Positions 50,096-62,880 of a stretch of DNA of 64,000 nt are shown here, in pieces (within the stretch, counting starts at the first letter, position 1; each line of letters starts with the position of its first letter). The position numbers and the translations under genes were made by a program. The stretch spans positions 48,422,001 through 48,486,000 of the forward strand of contig NC_043007.1 of NCBI RefSeq assembly GCF_006345805.1, in the 5' to 3' direction. Origin of the DNA: Octopus sinensis (taxonomy: Eukaryota). The notes beneath the pieces are model-generated. The model saw nothing but the letters and a program-made list of their open reading frames with translations. It had not been told where the DNA came from and did no database searches.

Positions 50096-51436
50096 GTAAA
50101 GCATGTGTATTTCTGAATCTTTTCTATCAGACACTCATGTTAATTTTGTTTCCACATTTACTACAGACACAAAAATTAATTCACTGTCATCATCATCACC
50201 ATCATCATTATCACCATCATCATTATCATCTCTGTTACTAGTAATTAAATACTTCTCTACTATTCAGATTTTGTCAATTCATAAAAATTTTCATTTAATC
50301 ATATATTTATATCAGTTTTCTTTCTCTCTTTTTTGTTTTTGTTTGATGAAGAAGGTTTGTCTGAAATATTGATTTTTCTTCTTCTTTTCTTCATTCCATC
50401 AATCAGTATTTATTTTATTTTAGTTTTTACTGCTGTATATCATATATCATCTTATTTATTTCCTCTTTCCACCCTTTGTCTCATTCACCTCAATACTCTC
50501 AAGTGTTAGATGTTAGAGAGAATATTACTAGTCAAACTTTCTTTATTATAAATCATTGTTACTGATGAAAAGAATTCAATGAGAATGGGTTTGAAGTTCT
50601 AATATTTTAAGATTGCCATCTAGTGTTTGCCTCACTGACAAATTCAAGATGGTTTACCTGTTATATAGTTCACCTGTGCAAAATTCTACTATATCACAAT
50701 ACCTCAATACAACCAATTTGTCGTTCACAGTAGAATTATTAAAAAGACTTTCAGCTTTATTCTCACTTATTAGAATGGAAATAATAAACAAATTATTTTC
50801 ATTTTCAGAAAAGAAAAAAAAATGAAAAAGAAGACACAGGGGAAACAAATCCAATAGATGTGACATCTTAAAGTCATTACTGCTTTAGGAGACATCTTAG
50901 AAGTGTGTTGGTCACACAGTTTATATAAAACCACACATCTGTATTTATTATGGTCAAGTTCCTTCTCTTCGATATTGAATTAATTAAATTTACTTCCTTC
51001 TCATCAAATGTGAATCAATCTTTTCTTTAGTTCCATTCAGTTTAACCATAAAGTAAGACTAGTCTCGCTCTGTGATTGCTGCAGTTTAATATTCTCTGTA
51101 CAAACCCAATAACAAAATTAGATTCATGAATTGAGGTTTTTTTTTAATGAGTTTCTCATTTGAATTTGTTTCTTTCCATTTTAATTCTAAAGTTGTTTCT
51201 TCAGATAGAAATAATATTGGTAAACTGTTGAAGAGTAAACTGCATTTATTAACCTATGAAGTGGCCATATTATTCACCTATCATGCTTATGATAGATGCA
51301 TTAAACTGTGTTACTCTCCTAAAATTTATAAGTTGTCATGGCAAACAAAGTAGCATCAAAATGTCAGCTTATTTTAGTGTCCAATAATATTTATTGACAT
51401 GACAAAATATCTCACCATGTAAAGTATTTTTATCTA

Positions 51437-51606
51437 TTGGGAAAGTGTCTTCTGCTCTAGACTCAGGCTGACCAAATCCTTATGAGTGGATCTGGTAAAC
51501 AGAAACTAACAGAAGCTCATCACATATCTACTACAAATGTGGAAAATCTGTGTGTGTGTGTTTGTAGCGTTGTTAGCTAACTCCTCCTACATCATTTTAT
51601 TGATTT
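51437..51606 (-). repeat. 170-bp exact inverted copy of 47839-48008
   Basis: Base-by-base reverse-complement identity, including the (CA)6 tract and the Helitron/SINE junction. Confidence 0.95.
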
Positions 51607-52339
51607 TCTTCTGCAAAAGTTGGATAGTACCACCAAACATTCTGTTTCTTGATATTCCAGATTCCCATGGTGGATAGTCTTGCCAGCAAATATTTACAAA
51701 CTGGCCACCCTAACTGTCAAATATTGTACATATCATTGAAAGAATACAAAATGGTACTTGGTTATATAAACCAACATTTTGAAAAGTCTATATTCCTAAA
51801 ATATGGCACATAATGTTGCCGTCAATTGATCTAAACATTATTTTTTATTTAACGGTTTCAATTTCTAGTGATTACTCAACTAAATATGTGACATATTTGT
51901 TGGTCATTCACCCGAAACTATGCACCAATAGCAATTGAAAACTCTCACCATCTTATTTATATTAGCAACAGCATGGAGTAGTCATAGACAGGAGGGGAAT
52001 ATTTTTGCTTCAGGAGTAAAATGTTAGATGTGTTTTATGTTGTACTTGTTGAAAAGCTGCTGCCTGTCAATTAATATGAAGCATTATTGGATTTTAGAAT
52101 TTAAAAGCTCTTGTGGTTGTTATTATTGTTGTTGTTGTGTAAAGGCAAATGTAGTGCAGTAGTGAATTTAACTGTAAATTTCTTAATCCAGTTTCACTTC
52201 TCAGTCAAAACTATTTCACTTAAGTCACTAATGCCCATTGGCAAGGTATACACATCACTACTTCTTATTACTTCTCTTTAGCCATGACATCAAAGCTTCA
52301 TCCTTACCAAGTCATCATCGTCATCATCATCATCATCAG

Positions 52340-55320
52340 AGTTAGGGAGAGGCAAAAATAGTAGATCAGTAAACCAAATACCTTGTGGTAATTAGTTGTA
52401 CACCTTCAAGTTCTCATTTTAAATCCCACAATAGTTGACTTTGCTTTTGTTTGTTCCAATGTTAATAAAGTGACAGTCATATATGGTGGGAGAAGGGGTG
52501 CAGTTATTCATAGATTATAACCCTAGCCTACTAGGCCTTGTATCTGTGTAAGAAATCATTATTATAAAATAACCATTGTCCAGTTTTTCAAAATGGACTC
52601 AGTTTTAATTCCCATTTGGAGCCATTTGTATTTATATTTTCAGTGACCACTAATGCCCTTGGAAAATACATTTCTCTTTTCATACATTTCTCTTTTCATT
52701 AGAAACCCATGTCTATCTAAGGATATTGAACACTACTTTGTCACAGGTTTTTCTGCAATGAGTTCTACCATCTGGTTTCAGTTCTTAAAATGGGCTTTTT
52801 AGGAAATATTGAATACCACATATTCCCATTTTTTGTTATAACTAAATTAAACCTATTTATTTCATAAATAATTGTATTCAACTTTAAATCTGTTTTCTGT
52901 TTTATTATTTCTGATTTGATCCAATATATCTACATGAAAATTTCATCATTCATTCCTTTTCTCAGGAACACTAAGTGATCTAAGAGAAATACCATGACTC
53001 CAAACTTGGAATTGAAAGCCCTATTTCATGCCCAGTTCCCCAACACCACGCCACTTATTCCCCACTATGCTCACTAACATTTAAATTGCTATTGCTACAT
53101 CATGTCGCTGTACGAGTTTTTTCCCCTCTCAATGCAACACAGTGCACTTGAGTTACAGGAGAGAAACGTTGTATGGTAACATGATGCCCCTAAGTGTGCT
53201 GAAGGTTAATCGTTAAATATTAGTAGCTCTAATTGATATTTCACTAGACAACACTCATTTACTAATTAACTTTCACACAACCTTTATAACTTGTGTATTC
53301 AGAAGAAAATATGCAAGAGATTCTTGCCAATTAGATCAAATATCTGATTATTACAAAATCAATCAGATTGTAATGATATACATTAGAGGAGATTATTCTT
53401 TATGTCTTCGGGAGACTTGGTGTAGTATCAAAACTATCAGTGAAGTGACACAATCACAACTGAGTTAGGTACGTACATGATAAACCCATTTTAACAATAT
53501 TTTATATACTGTTACAATATGGTACTTATAAAAATACCGGTGTTATTATTATAGTTGTTATTAAGTTACAACCATTTATACCTTCAGTGCAAATCCTACT
53601 GAAATCAACTTTGTCTTTCATACTTCCAAGGTCATTAAAAAGTGCCACTCAAGTGCTGTGGTCACTATAATTACCCTTAATCCTCTCTCAAAATCAAAGC
53701 CCTGTGCCTGTCTAACTAACTATACATTCCCACAAAAGTATGTCGACTTAGGTCTATGTGAAAAAATTTTATTAATTGGATTAGGGCTGTAGTTGAGATA
53801 GAGTGGTACATGACTTGAAATGATCATGGCTAATTCTACATTTGGTGGGTTGGAGGAGCACCTACTGAACTACCTCTCATATCAGGGTCAACATTGACTG
53901 TTATCTCTCCAAGTTAGTAAATTGAACATCAGTTATGAATTAAGGTTAAGCAAAATGACTTTATCTCCTTCTTGCAAATCTGAGGCCTTGTGATTAACAT
54001 AGGAAGTATTGTTGTTATTGTTATTGACCCTTTAGCATTTAAACTGGCTATATCTGGCCCAAATATTTTGCTTCTTTTATGTTCAAACTGGCCAGATCTG
54101 GCTTCTCACATATACCCTACAGTGTCATTCTCAATATAAACAATCACCTCATAAAAATCTTGAAGCTACAAAGAAACCCGTGATTAACTACAAGCAATAT
54201 GAATAAATAAGCATAACAGTTGACAGAGAAATCTGAATGACAGAATTGTTTGCATGTCAAACAAGGTGCTTGGTAGTGTTTAGTTATGGTCCTTTATACA
54301 TTCTGTCTTTAAATCATATCAAAATTGACTTTACCTTTCTTCCTTCCCAGGTTAATAAAATAAAGTACCAGTCAAGTACTGAGGTTGATGTAACAGACTA
54401 ACACCTTTTCCTCATATTTCTGGTTTTGTACCTGTGCTAGAAATAATAACAATAACTATCAAAAGTGACAAGCTAATAGCATTGTTAGAGCATTAGAATA
54501 AATGCCTTGCAGTATTTGTTCTTACTATTTTATATTCTGTATTCAAATCCTGGTGAGGTCAGTTTTGCCTTCCATCTTTTTGGGGTCAATAAAAGAAAAT
54601 ATCAAGTCAAGTTCTGGGGTTGATGTAATCAACTTCCCATAATTGTTGACCTTGCACCTAAATCAGAAGCCATTATTATTATTATTATAATATAGGCTAT
54701 TCCCCTCCACCAAATTTCAGGCCTTGTGCCTTTAGTAGAAAGGATTATTATTGTTGTTGTTGTTGTGAGCTAGCAGAATCATTAGCACGCTGGATAAAAT
54801 GCTTCACAGCACTTCTAGCTTTCAAATTCTGCCATAGTCAACTTTGCTTTTCATCTTTACGGAGTTGTTAAAATAAGTACCAGTTGAACATTGAAGTCAA
54901 TGTAATCAACTAGCCCTCTGCCCCAAAATTTCAGGCCCTGCGCCTATAGTAAAAAGTAGGACAAATTGTTGTTATCATTATTATTAAATGATTAATAGAT
55001 TAGTAGAAACTAAACCAGGGATAAAATGCCTTGCAATATTTAGTTACTATCCTTTACATTCTGAGTTCAGATACTGCAGAGGTTAATTTTCAATAAGAAT
55101 AAAGTAAACTTTTGAAAACTAGAGTTGCTATAATTGAATGTATATCCCTCTTGCCTTTAAAATTGTGGCCTTGTGTCTATGTTAGAAATCAATATTTTAA
55201 TGGAGAGGCCAATAGAGGAGATCAAGAATACAATTAATAAGATACCTTGTAGTGTTCAGTACTTTTCCTTTATGAAATGAGTTACAGTTTGAGTTCCAAT
55301 CCAACCAGGTTAGACTTACT
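52340..55320 (+). mobile_element. Cluster of seven or more same-orientation SINE family B copies of different ages
   Basis: The core (caaat...gactttgc.tt.catc...aagtaccag...ggccttgtgcct) is recognisable at about 52340, 53580, 54262, 54470, 54765, 54990 and 55210, with ATT/AAT tails. Confidence 0.65.
54026..54245. mobile_element. piggyBac-like MITE remnant (a second one at about 55315-55545)
   Basis: Starts ttga|ccctttagcatt with a degenerate far end atctgaatg. The second ends aaaagggctaa. TTAA TSDs are eroded. Confidence 0.35.
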
Positions 55321-56572
55321 TTTTTTTTTTACCATATTTACCCTAAAATATACTGTCCTTGTTTCCATTAGTTTTTAAAATAATGAAGAATTTATTTAAA
55401 TGATTTTGTCATTATAAAACTAGTGTTTGGAATATAAATTAACATGAAATTTTGATGGCAGGTTTTAATTTAGATCACATTAAAACAGGGAATTTTATAA
55501 TAGAACCAGGAGCAGTTACAAAAGACTTCTTATCAAAAGGGCTAATACATAGTGTATTCCCTAAAACAGGATCGTCAGACAGTAACACAAGATACTTATT
55601 TCAATTTTAAATACTAACCTTCATCAGTTTTATTAAGTTCTTGGGAATCCAAACTGTTGTGTAATCATCCATTTATGACTTTTTCATCAACACTGGTTGC
55701 TTTTTTGCATTATTAAATTATAATAAATTGTAAAATAAAAATTAAACTTTATGCATTAAATTGGTTAAATTAACTATATCCACCACTTCACCAAATTTGA
55801 GGCCATGTATCTGCTGTTAAATTAATTAGATTAACAATACATTATCACACTGAATAGAATTTCAGACCTTGTGCCAATATAGTAATTAGTGTTAGTTCTT
55901 AATTACTGATAATTAATATTTTTTTTATGATTCATGATAATTTAGTTTGGAATTCAACAAAAGGCAGTTGATCTCACTTCACTGCCTTTGTTGTTGCCTT
56001 TTTTTTTTTTTTTTTTGTAAGATTCATGATGTGATAGCTGTGATATTGCAGTACTTTGGGAATGGTCATTTTCTCAATCACCAATTAAAACTCATACTGA
56101 CTATAGTTGAAACAGATATTGTTGTTCTTTGGGGATGGTCATTCTGCTAAATGTCAATTAAAATACACTCTAGTTGTTGTTCAATTCTTAATTAATAATC
56201 AGTATGTGTGTGTTAATGGGCAGAATGGCCTGTTTATATATAAGTGTGTGTGTGTGTGTATCCATACATGCATACACACACGTGTGTGTGTGTAGTTGTA
56301 ATAATGAAGTCAAACTAAACTGATATTTTGAAATCATTTGATACATATGTTTCAGGTTTATGTAATAGAATAGGAAATGCATCCATTACGTTAACCTTCC
56401 TCGATTAAAACAATTACTCCACTTATATAGATACTCTTGAATCTACTTATGCAGATACTCTAACAACAATTTGGAGTAGTTTGTTACATTTGACTCAAGT
56501 TAAAAATTCTGTTATCGTGCACTGCTTCTTAGCTGTGAAATATATGAGAAATACACCTGAAATATATGTATG

Positions 56573-56603
<31 letters not shown>

Positions 56604-56668
56604 CGTGTGTGTACTGTTAGCGGTTTTTTTCCTCCGGCTTCCTTTCTTTGGATCTTTCCTTTTCCTAT

Positions 56669-56703
56669 GTTTCTGATGAAGAGCTCTGCTCGAAACATTA
56701 AAC
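56669..56703 (+). ncRNA. Minimal type I hammerhead motif with canonical core (PLE-type terminus)
   Basis: GTTT-CTGATGA-A GAGC TCT GCTC-GAA-ACAT-T-AAAC; stem I GTTT/AAAC. Stem III ACAT is one CpG-type change away from self-complementary ACGT. Confidence 0.6.
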
Positions 56704-56910
56704 CCTCCTTCTTTCCTGAGCGTCCAATAATACTATCCACGCGTTGTTGTGTTTTCATGTTTGGATTAACTTTATCTATATATATATATATATATATATA
56801 TTAAAATATATATAATAAAATATTAAAGCATATTACTCTACCCCTGGTATTTGAGTACTCTTTTTTCCACCTTGTTTCACATTTATGTGTTTACTCCAGT
56901 ATATATATAC

Positions 56911-56975
<65 letters not shown>

Positions 56976-57239
56976 GATAGATATATATATATTTATATAT
57001 ATATGTATACACACACACAGATATATATACACACACACACATATATATATATACACACATATATAATAGAAATATGCTTCAAAAAGAAAATAGAAACTAC
57101 ACGTGGAAGAGATATAGAACAAGAAGAAAAAAGGCAGAAATGCACATTGGATATCAAAAAAAATATAGGCTTTTTTATGAAAACTAATGATAAATATATA
57201 CAATTAGATGAACTGAGGTAGAATTAAGAGGAATAAAAG

Positions 57240-57780
57240 TCATTATTATGAATTGTTAAAGGGATTCAAAGTCATACTGGTTCCGTTAATTACTGTTCAC
57301 TGACTTTGAATGCGCACCAATTATCAAATGGTCTTGACTCTACTAGTCCCTGACTAAAACGATTGTGTAAGGGAGGTAAGTAGTTCTAGATGTGGTTCAG
57401 TTAGGACAGATCTATATCTGTCCTAACTGAACCACAATAATGTAATAAGAATGGTGTATGGGATGTATGGGAGTTAGTGATATAATTGGTAAGGTTAGTA
57501 GTGTTCTGTATATGTTCATGTTTAGTTGTGGGTGGAATTTATTGATGAAAGTTGCCTCTTCATTCTTTGCTGTGATGAGGTGTTATGTGAACACTGATAG
57601 AAGGGGAAAATTAGGAAGGTAGGATTAAGGTTCCTAGCACACCTTTCTATGTGTTCACTGACCTGTATCTGTCTATTGTGGATGGCGGATTTGTTCTTTG
57701 TGATGGGTGGCTCTTCGATGGAGTGATATTCCTGTTCGGCCTATATATTGAGATTACCGCACCCTAAGCAGATAATGGCA
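57240..57780 (-). mobile_element. Penelope-like element GIY-YIG endonuclease C-terminus plus 3' region
   Basis: Minus strand IICLGCG...QVSEHIERCARNLNPTFLIFPFYQC, then a frameshifted FINKF.PQLN-like end. Confidence 0.7.
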
Positions 57781-57809
57781 TATATATAGATATATATATA
57801 TAATATATA

Positions 57810-57869
<60 letters not shown>

Positions 57870-57891
57870 TATATATATATTACACACACAC

Positions 57892-57927
<36 letters not shown>

Positions 57928-58437
57928 GCAGAATGACCCTCTCAAAGTATAACAAATATTTTATGGAGTTTTGTAAAACTTAAGGCTAACTGTAGATTGT
58001 CAGACCTTTTCGAATATTGCGGTACTTAGTTATTATCCTTTATATTCTGAATTCAATTTCTGTCAAGGACAACATTGTCTTTGATAATTAGTACTGTAGG
58101 GTAATGATGTAACTTGCAATATTTAACTCCTCATATCCATTCTGTCTTTTATCCTTTCAGAACTGATAAATGTAAGTATCAGACAAATACTAAGGTTAAC
58201 TGAATAAATGTGTAATATCCAAAACATAACAAAAAAAAAATATCATAATCTGTCCAAATTAATTATAAATTTAGGTTAAACCGTGTCGAAATCTTTCCGA
58301 AATGATATCTGAAAATGATGTTGACATTCAATAACAGACACCTTGCCTGCACTTTCTAGTAAACTAACTGAATGCATCAATGGTATTATTATTGTTGTTA
58401 CTGTTGTTTCATGACTTTTGTTGTCAAACATATCATT

Positions 58438-58660
58438 CTCATCATCATCGTTTAGCGTCCGCTTTCCATGCTAGCATGGGTTGGATGGTTCAACTGGGGT
58501 CTGGGAAGCCAGAAGGCTGCACCAGGCCCAGTCTGATCTGGCAATGTTTCTACGGCTGGATGCCCTTCCTAATGCCAACCACTCTGTGAGTGTAGTTGAT
58601 GCTTTTTACGTGCCACCAGAACAGGTGCCAGACAAGGCTGGTACCAATATTGGCTTCGTT
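58438..58660 (-). mobile_element. RTE 3' UTR fragment
   Basis: catcatcatcgtttagcgtccgctttccatgctagcatggg... Confidence 0.8.
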
Positions 58661-59259
58661 AATTCACACACACATGCATCATTGTAATAGGTAAATATGA
58701 TCCAGAGATCCAAGTGTAGGAAGTTAGTAAGCTTCAGCCGAAGTGGCAGTAGTCTGTATTTTACCTGTTCCTTTTCTTACTTTTTGGGATATATATAAAT
58801 TATATGTAGAGAGATTTGGTGATGTAAAGAGAAAATAGAATTCAAAACATGAGTATATATACATTTTTTTTTATTAAGAACCAGCATAAGTTACAGAGTG
58901 ACCCAAGGACAGAGAATTTCATGCATTGTCACTTGTCAAACTAGTTTTAAAATAGAGGGTCCTGTATTTATATACTGGTGATGGCATTTTTCTGGATTGT
59001 TCTGGAACAAACTATAAAAACAATTACAACATCCTTCTATAATACATATTTTTCAAATAGTTTACCCGTTACACTATTCAATAAATAAATAAATAGATAA
59101 TAAAAGTTTTAAGATATTTATGCACAAATAACCGAGAGTGACAGTGAATATAAATGCAGTATGTACATGAATAGATGCATATATGCATACATACATTCAC
59201 ACTCATGCATGTATGTTCATGGATTCACACATACACATGTATAGACATAAGTATAAATA

Positions 59260-60954
59260 CAGGGTGTCCCAGAAATAATTATCTGTTGGGTCATCTCATA
59301 AACAATGCAGTTTTTTCAATTGCATGAACTAAAAGTCAGAGGGGGATGGGATAAACTACCTGCATCAACTTGCTATAAATGCAGATAGTAATTTTACCTT
59401 CTCTTTATTCTGAGTGCATGTTCTGAAGAGTGCAGTTCAATTTTAACAGTTATTTTTCAAAACTATAATGGAAGTGACAAAGAAGCACATTCAGCATATT
59501 TTGCTTTATGAGTTCAATAAAAGCAACAATGCAATGGAAAGTGTGAGGAATATTAATGCAGTATATGGGGATCGGACAATAAGTTTAAGCCAGTGTCAAT
59601 GGTGCTTTCAGAAACTACAGCATAGAAGACCAGCCTCGTCCTGGAAGATCTGTAGAGCTCAACAAGGATGTCCTGCAAACCCTGGTGGAACAAAATCCCA
59701 TCGTAACTGTTGAGGAGCTAGGATTTGGTCATTCAACCATTCATCAACACCTGCATGCCATTAGAAAAGTCAGCAAATTGGGTCAATGGATTCTACAAAC
59801 TTTCTGAGTCTATTTGCACACAGAGAGTAAATGTGTGCTCTTCTTTGTCATGTCTCACAAATGAACTTTTTTTGGACTGAACAGTGACTGGTGACAAGAA
59901 ATGGGTTCTCTATAAAAATGTTAAGTGCTGAAGACAGTGGGTAGGGAAAGGAGAAACACCAGGACCCCAGGCTAAAGAAAGTCTTTACCCATGTAAGTTG
60001 TTATTTGGTGGGATATGAAAAGTTTAGTCTACTTTGAACTTTTAAATCCAAACCAAACAATAACAAAGATCTACTGCAAGCAGCTAGAGCAGATTAAGTC
60101 AGCACTAGAAAGAAAGGATCATCTTTGGTTTCAAGACAAAAGGTGTTCTTCCATCAGGATAATGCTCAGCCACATACAGCAAGGATGACATTCCAAAGGC
60201 TGGAGCTGTTTGAATGGGAAACAATGCCCCACCCACCATATTCACCAGACATTGCCCCATCTGATTATCATTTATTCCGCAGTCTTTATAACCATTTGGA
60301 CAGAAAAAATATGAATTCTGTAGATGAGGTCAGAACAGTACTGGAGGAGTATTTTTTGTCACGGACAAGTGAACTTTGGAAGAGGTGTCTTGTAAGTCTA
60401 CCAGACAGATGGAAAAGCATTGTAGAAAATGAAGGAGAGTATATTTTAGATTAAAAAAAACTTTGTTTATCTTAGTTTTGAAAAATTAAAGAAGTATAAA
60501 AGAAAAACTACATTATTTATGGGATGACCCAATATTTCAATGAAATTGGACAAATTTAAAAAAAACTGACAGAATTTTTATGTTTATTACTTAATTATGA
60601 TACTAAAACAAATAGATTTATAAATCTTACATGAAGACTTTATTGAAAATTTGCAACATGTGCTCCATCTGTATCCCTGCAAATTTCAAATCTATCCTTA
60701 GTATTGCAAAACACATTTTGAAGCATTTCAGGAGTTATTTCCGACACTGCTAACTGAATGCATTCTTAAAGTTCAGCTTAACTATTGCATCACCCTGGGG
60801 ATGGAGATAGAGAAAATGATTGCTACCAAATTGGAAAAAAAAAACATCATGGAGAGAAAACTGGGATCCAACAGGAATATTAAACATGGTAAACATACAT
60901 AAAAGTGAGTTTTTAAAAGATTTTATTGAAATAGATAAATTCTGGGAAACCCTG
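59260..60954 (-). mobile_element. Internally deleted Tc1/mariner (DD37D-like) element hosting a mariner inside its left TIR
   Basis: Termini cagggtgtcccagaa / ttctgggaaaccctg. The minus strand at about 60650-60750 encodes SEITPEMLQNVFCNTKDRFEICRDTDGAHV. Confidence 0.75.
59286..60532 (+). mobile_element. Full-length decayed mariner (D,D34D), copy 2, same family as 18976-20195
   Basis: TIRs ttgggtcatctcataaacaat / attatttatgggatgacccaa. MEVTKKHIQHILLYEFNK, FFHQDNAQPHTA and HPPYSPDIAPSDYHLFRSL. Confidence 0.9.
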
Positions 60955-60989
60955 TGTAAAACATAGAAATAAGAGAATGCATAGGTACT

Positions 60990-61205
60990 TTTTCTACTCT
61001 AGGCACAAGGCCTGAAATTTGGGGGAATGGGTCCAGTTGATTAGATCAACCCCAGTATGCAACTGGTACTTAATTTATCAACCCCGAAAGAATGAAAGGC
61101 AAAGTCGACCTCGGCAGAATTTAAATTCAGAACGTAAAGATAGACAAAATACCATGAAGCATTTCACCTGGCATGCTAACGTTTCTGCCAGTTCACCACC
61201 TTAGA
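60990..61205 (-). mobile_element. SINE family B (well preserved)
   Basis: ggcacaaggcctgaaattt...aactggtacttaatttatcaaccccgaaagaatgaaaggcaaagtcgacctcggcagaattt. Confidence 0.8.
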
Positions 61206-61703
61206 GAATGCATACATTGATGCATAAATGTTCATAAATATATACATATGCACACATGCACACACACACACATACATACCTATACATACACAAACATGAG
61301 TGTGAATACATGTGTGTATATGTATGTGTATTCATGTTTTTATTGAACAACATAATAAGCAAACCATTTGAAAAACATGCATTATAGCTGTAACATTGCT
61401 ACTGTCTTTATAATTTGTTCCAGAACAATCTAGCGAACTACATTACCTCTGATATATATAAATATATGCTCCATCATTTGAAACCAATTTTACTACAGAA
61501 AAGGCACTAAACTTTCAGCTGCCTTTGAGTCTCTCTTTAACTATATATATATATATATATATATATGTATACATATATATAAATGCACACAAATATAAAC
61601 ACACACATCTATATACATACTTGAATAGATACACATGTATAAGCATACATGTATATTTCTTTATACTTATATAAACATACTTATGTAAATATAGAAGTAT
61701 TAA

Positions 61704-61958
61704 GAATTGAAATCAAAAATGCACTTGAAGTTTTAAGAAAATTTATTTACTTTAACTTAACCAGTTTCACAATTTCCTGTTTTTTAAAATTAGTGTAAAA
61801 TGGAGAGTTGTGGAACTATCTTAACAGAGGTGAGACAACTGTGGTATAGTTCCACATTTTCCCATCTTACACTACTTGGGAAAATCATGAAATTGTTAAA
61901 CTAAGTTAATGTAAATGAATCTTCTTAAAGACTCCAAGTATATTTTCAACTCCATTTC
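61704..61958. mobile_element. Old fold-back MITE (about 110-bp imperfect arms)
   Basis: aaaatgcacttgaagttttaagaaaatttatttactttaacttaacc...gtggaactat pairs with atagttccac...ttaatgtaaatgaatcttcttaaagactccaagtatatttt. Confidence 0.7.
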
Positions 61959-62227
61959 ATTTCATATATATATATATATATACACATACAAACACACACA
62001 CATACACATACTATGCACATTTATAAATACATACATATAGATACATGTGTATACACACACAATCACACACACACACACACACAACACACACACACACACA
62101 TATATATATAGACAAAGAGAGGGAAAAAGGGCAATTAAAGCCGAACTTTAATGTGTTGAATGGTCGTTGGAGTTTGACTTTAGCTACTCTTTCTCCCTCT
62201 TTTTGTCTTTATGTGTGTGTGTGTATG

Positions 62228-62266
<39 letters not shown>

Positions 62267-62267
62267 C

Positions 62268-62880
62268 ATCATCATCATCATCATCATTTAGCGTCCGTTC
62301 TCCATGCTAGCATGGGTTGGACGGTTCAACTGGGGTCTGTGAAGCTGGAAGGCTTCATCAGGCCCAGTCAGATCTGGCAGTGTTTCTACGGCTGGATGCC
62401 CTTCCTAACGCCAACCACTCCGTGAGTGTAGTGGGTGCTTTTTACGTGCCACCCGCACAGGTGCCAGACAGAGCTGGCAAACGGCCACGAAACGGATGGT
62501 GCTTTTACGTGTCACCGGCACGGGGGCCAGGCGAGGCTGGCAACGGACACGAACGGATGGTGCTTTTACATGCCACTGACACGGGGGCCAGACAGGGTTG
62601 GCAAACGGCCACGAACGGATGGTGCTTTTACGTGTCACCGGCACGGGGGCCAGACAGAGCTGGCAAATGGCCATGAATGGATGGTGCTTTTACGTGTCAC
62701 CGGCACAGGGGCCAGGCGAGGCTGGCAACGAGCATGAACGGATGGTGCTTTTACGTGCCACCGACACGGGAGCCAGACAGGGCTGGAAAACAGCCACGAA
62801 CGGATGGTGCTTTTACGTGTCACCTGCACGGGGGCCCTGATGTTGATTGACTTCAATTTGGTTCTGCTTTCTGATATATG
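62268..62880 (-). mobile_element. RTE 3' UTR with an expanded 61-64-bp tandem array (62435-62836)
   Basis: Unit starts at 62435, 62499, 62560, 62622, 62684, 62745 and 62807. Confidence 0.85.

Noticed and set aside
18976-60532. Domesticated or active mariner transposase
   Set aside because: Both copies contain stops and frameshifts, and neither has an intact ORF.
62435-62836. CRISPR-like array (conserved ggatggtgcttttacgtg repeat with spacers)
   Set aside because: The spacers are homologous to each other, the context is a eukaryotic LINE 3' UTR, and there are no cas genes; it is a minisatellite.
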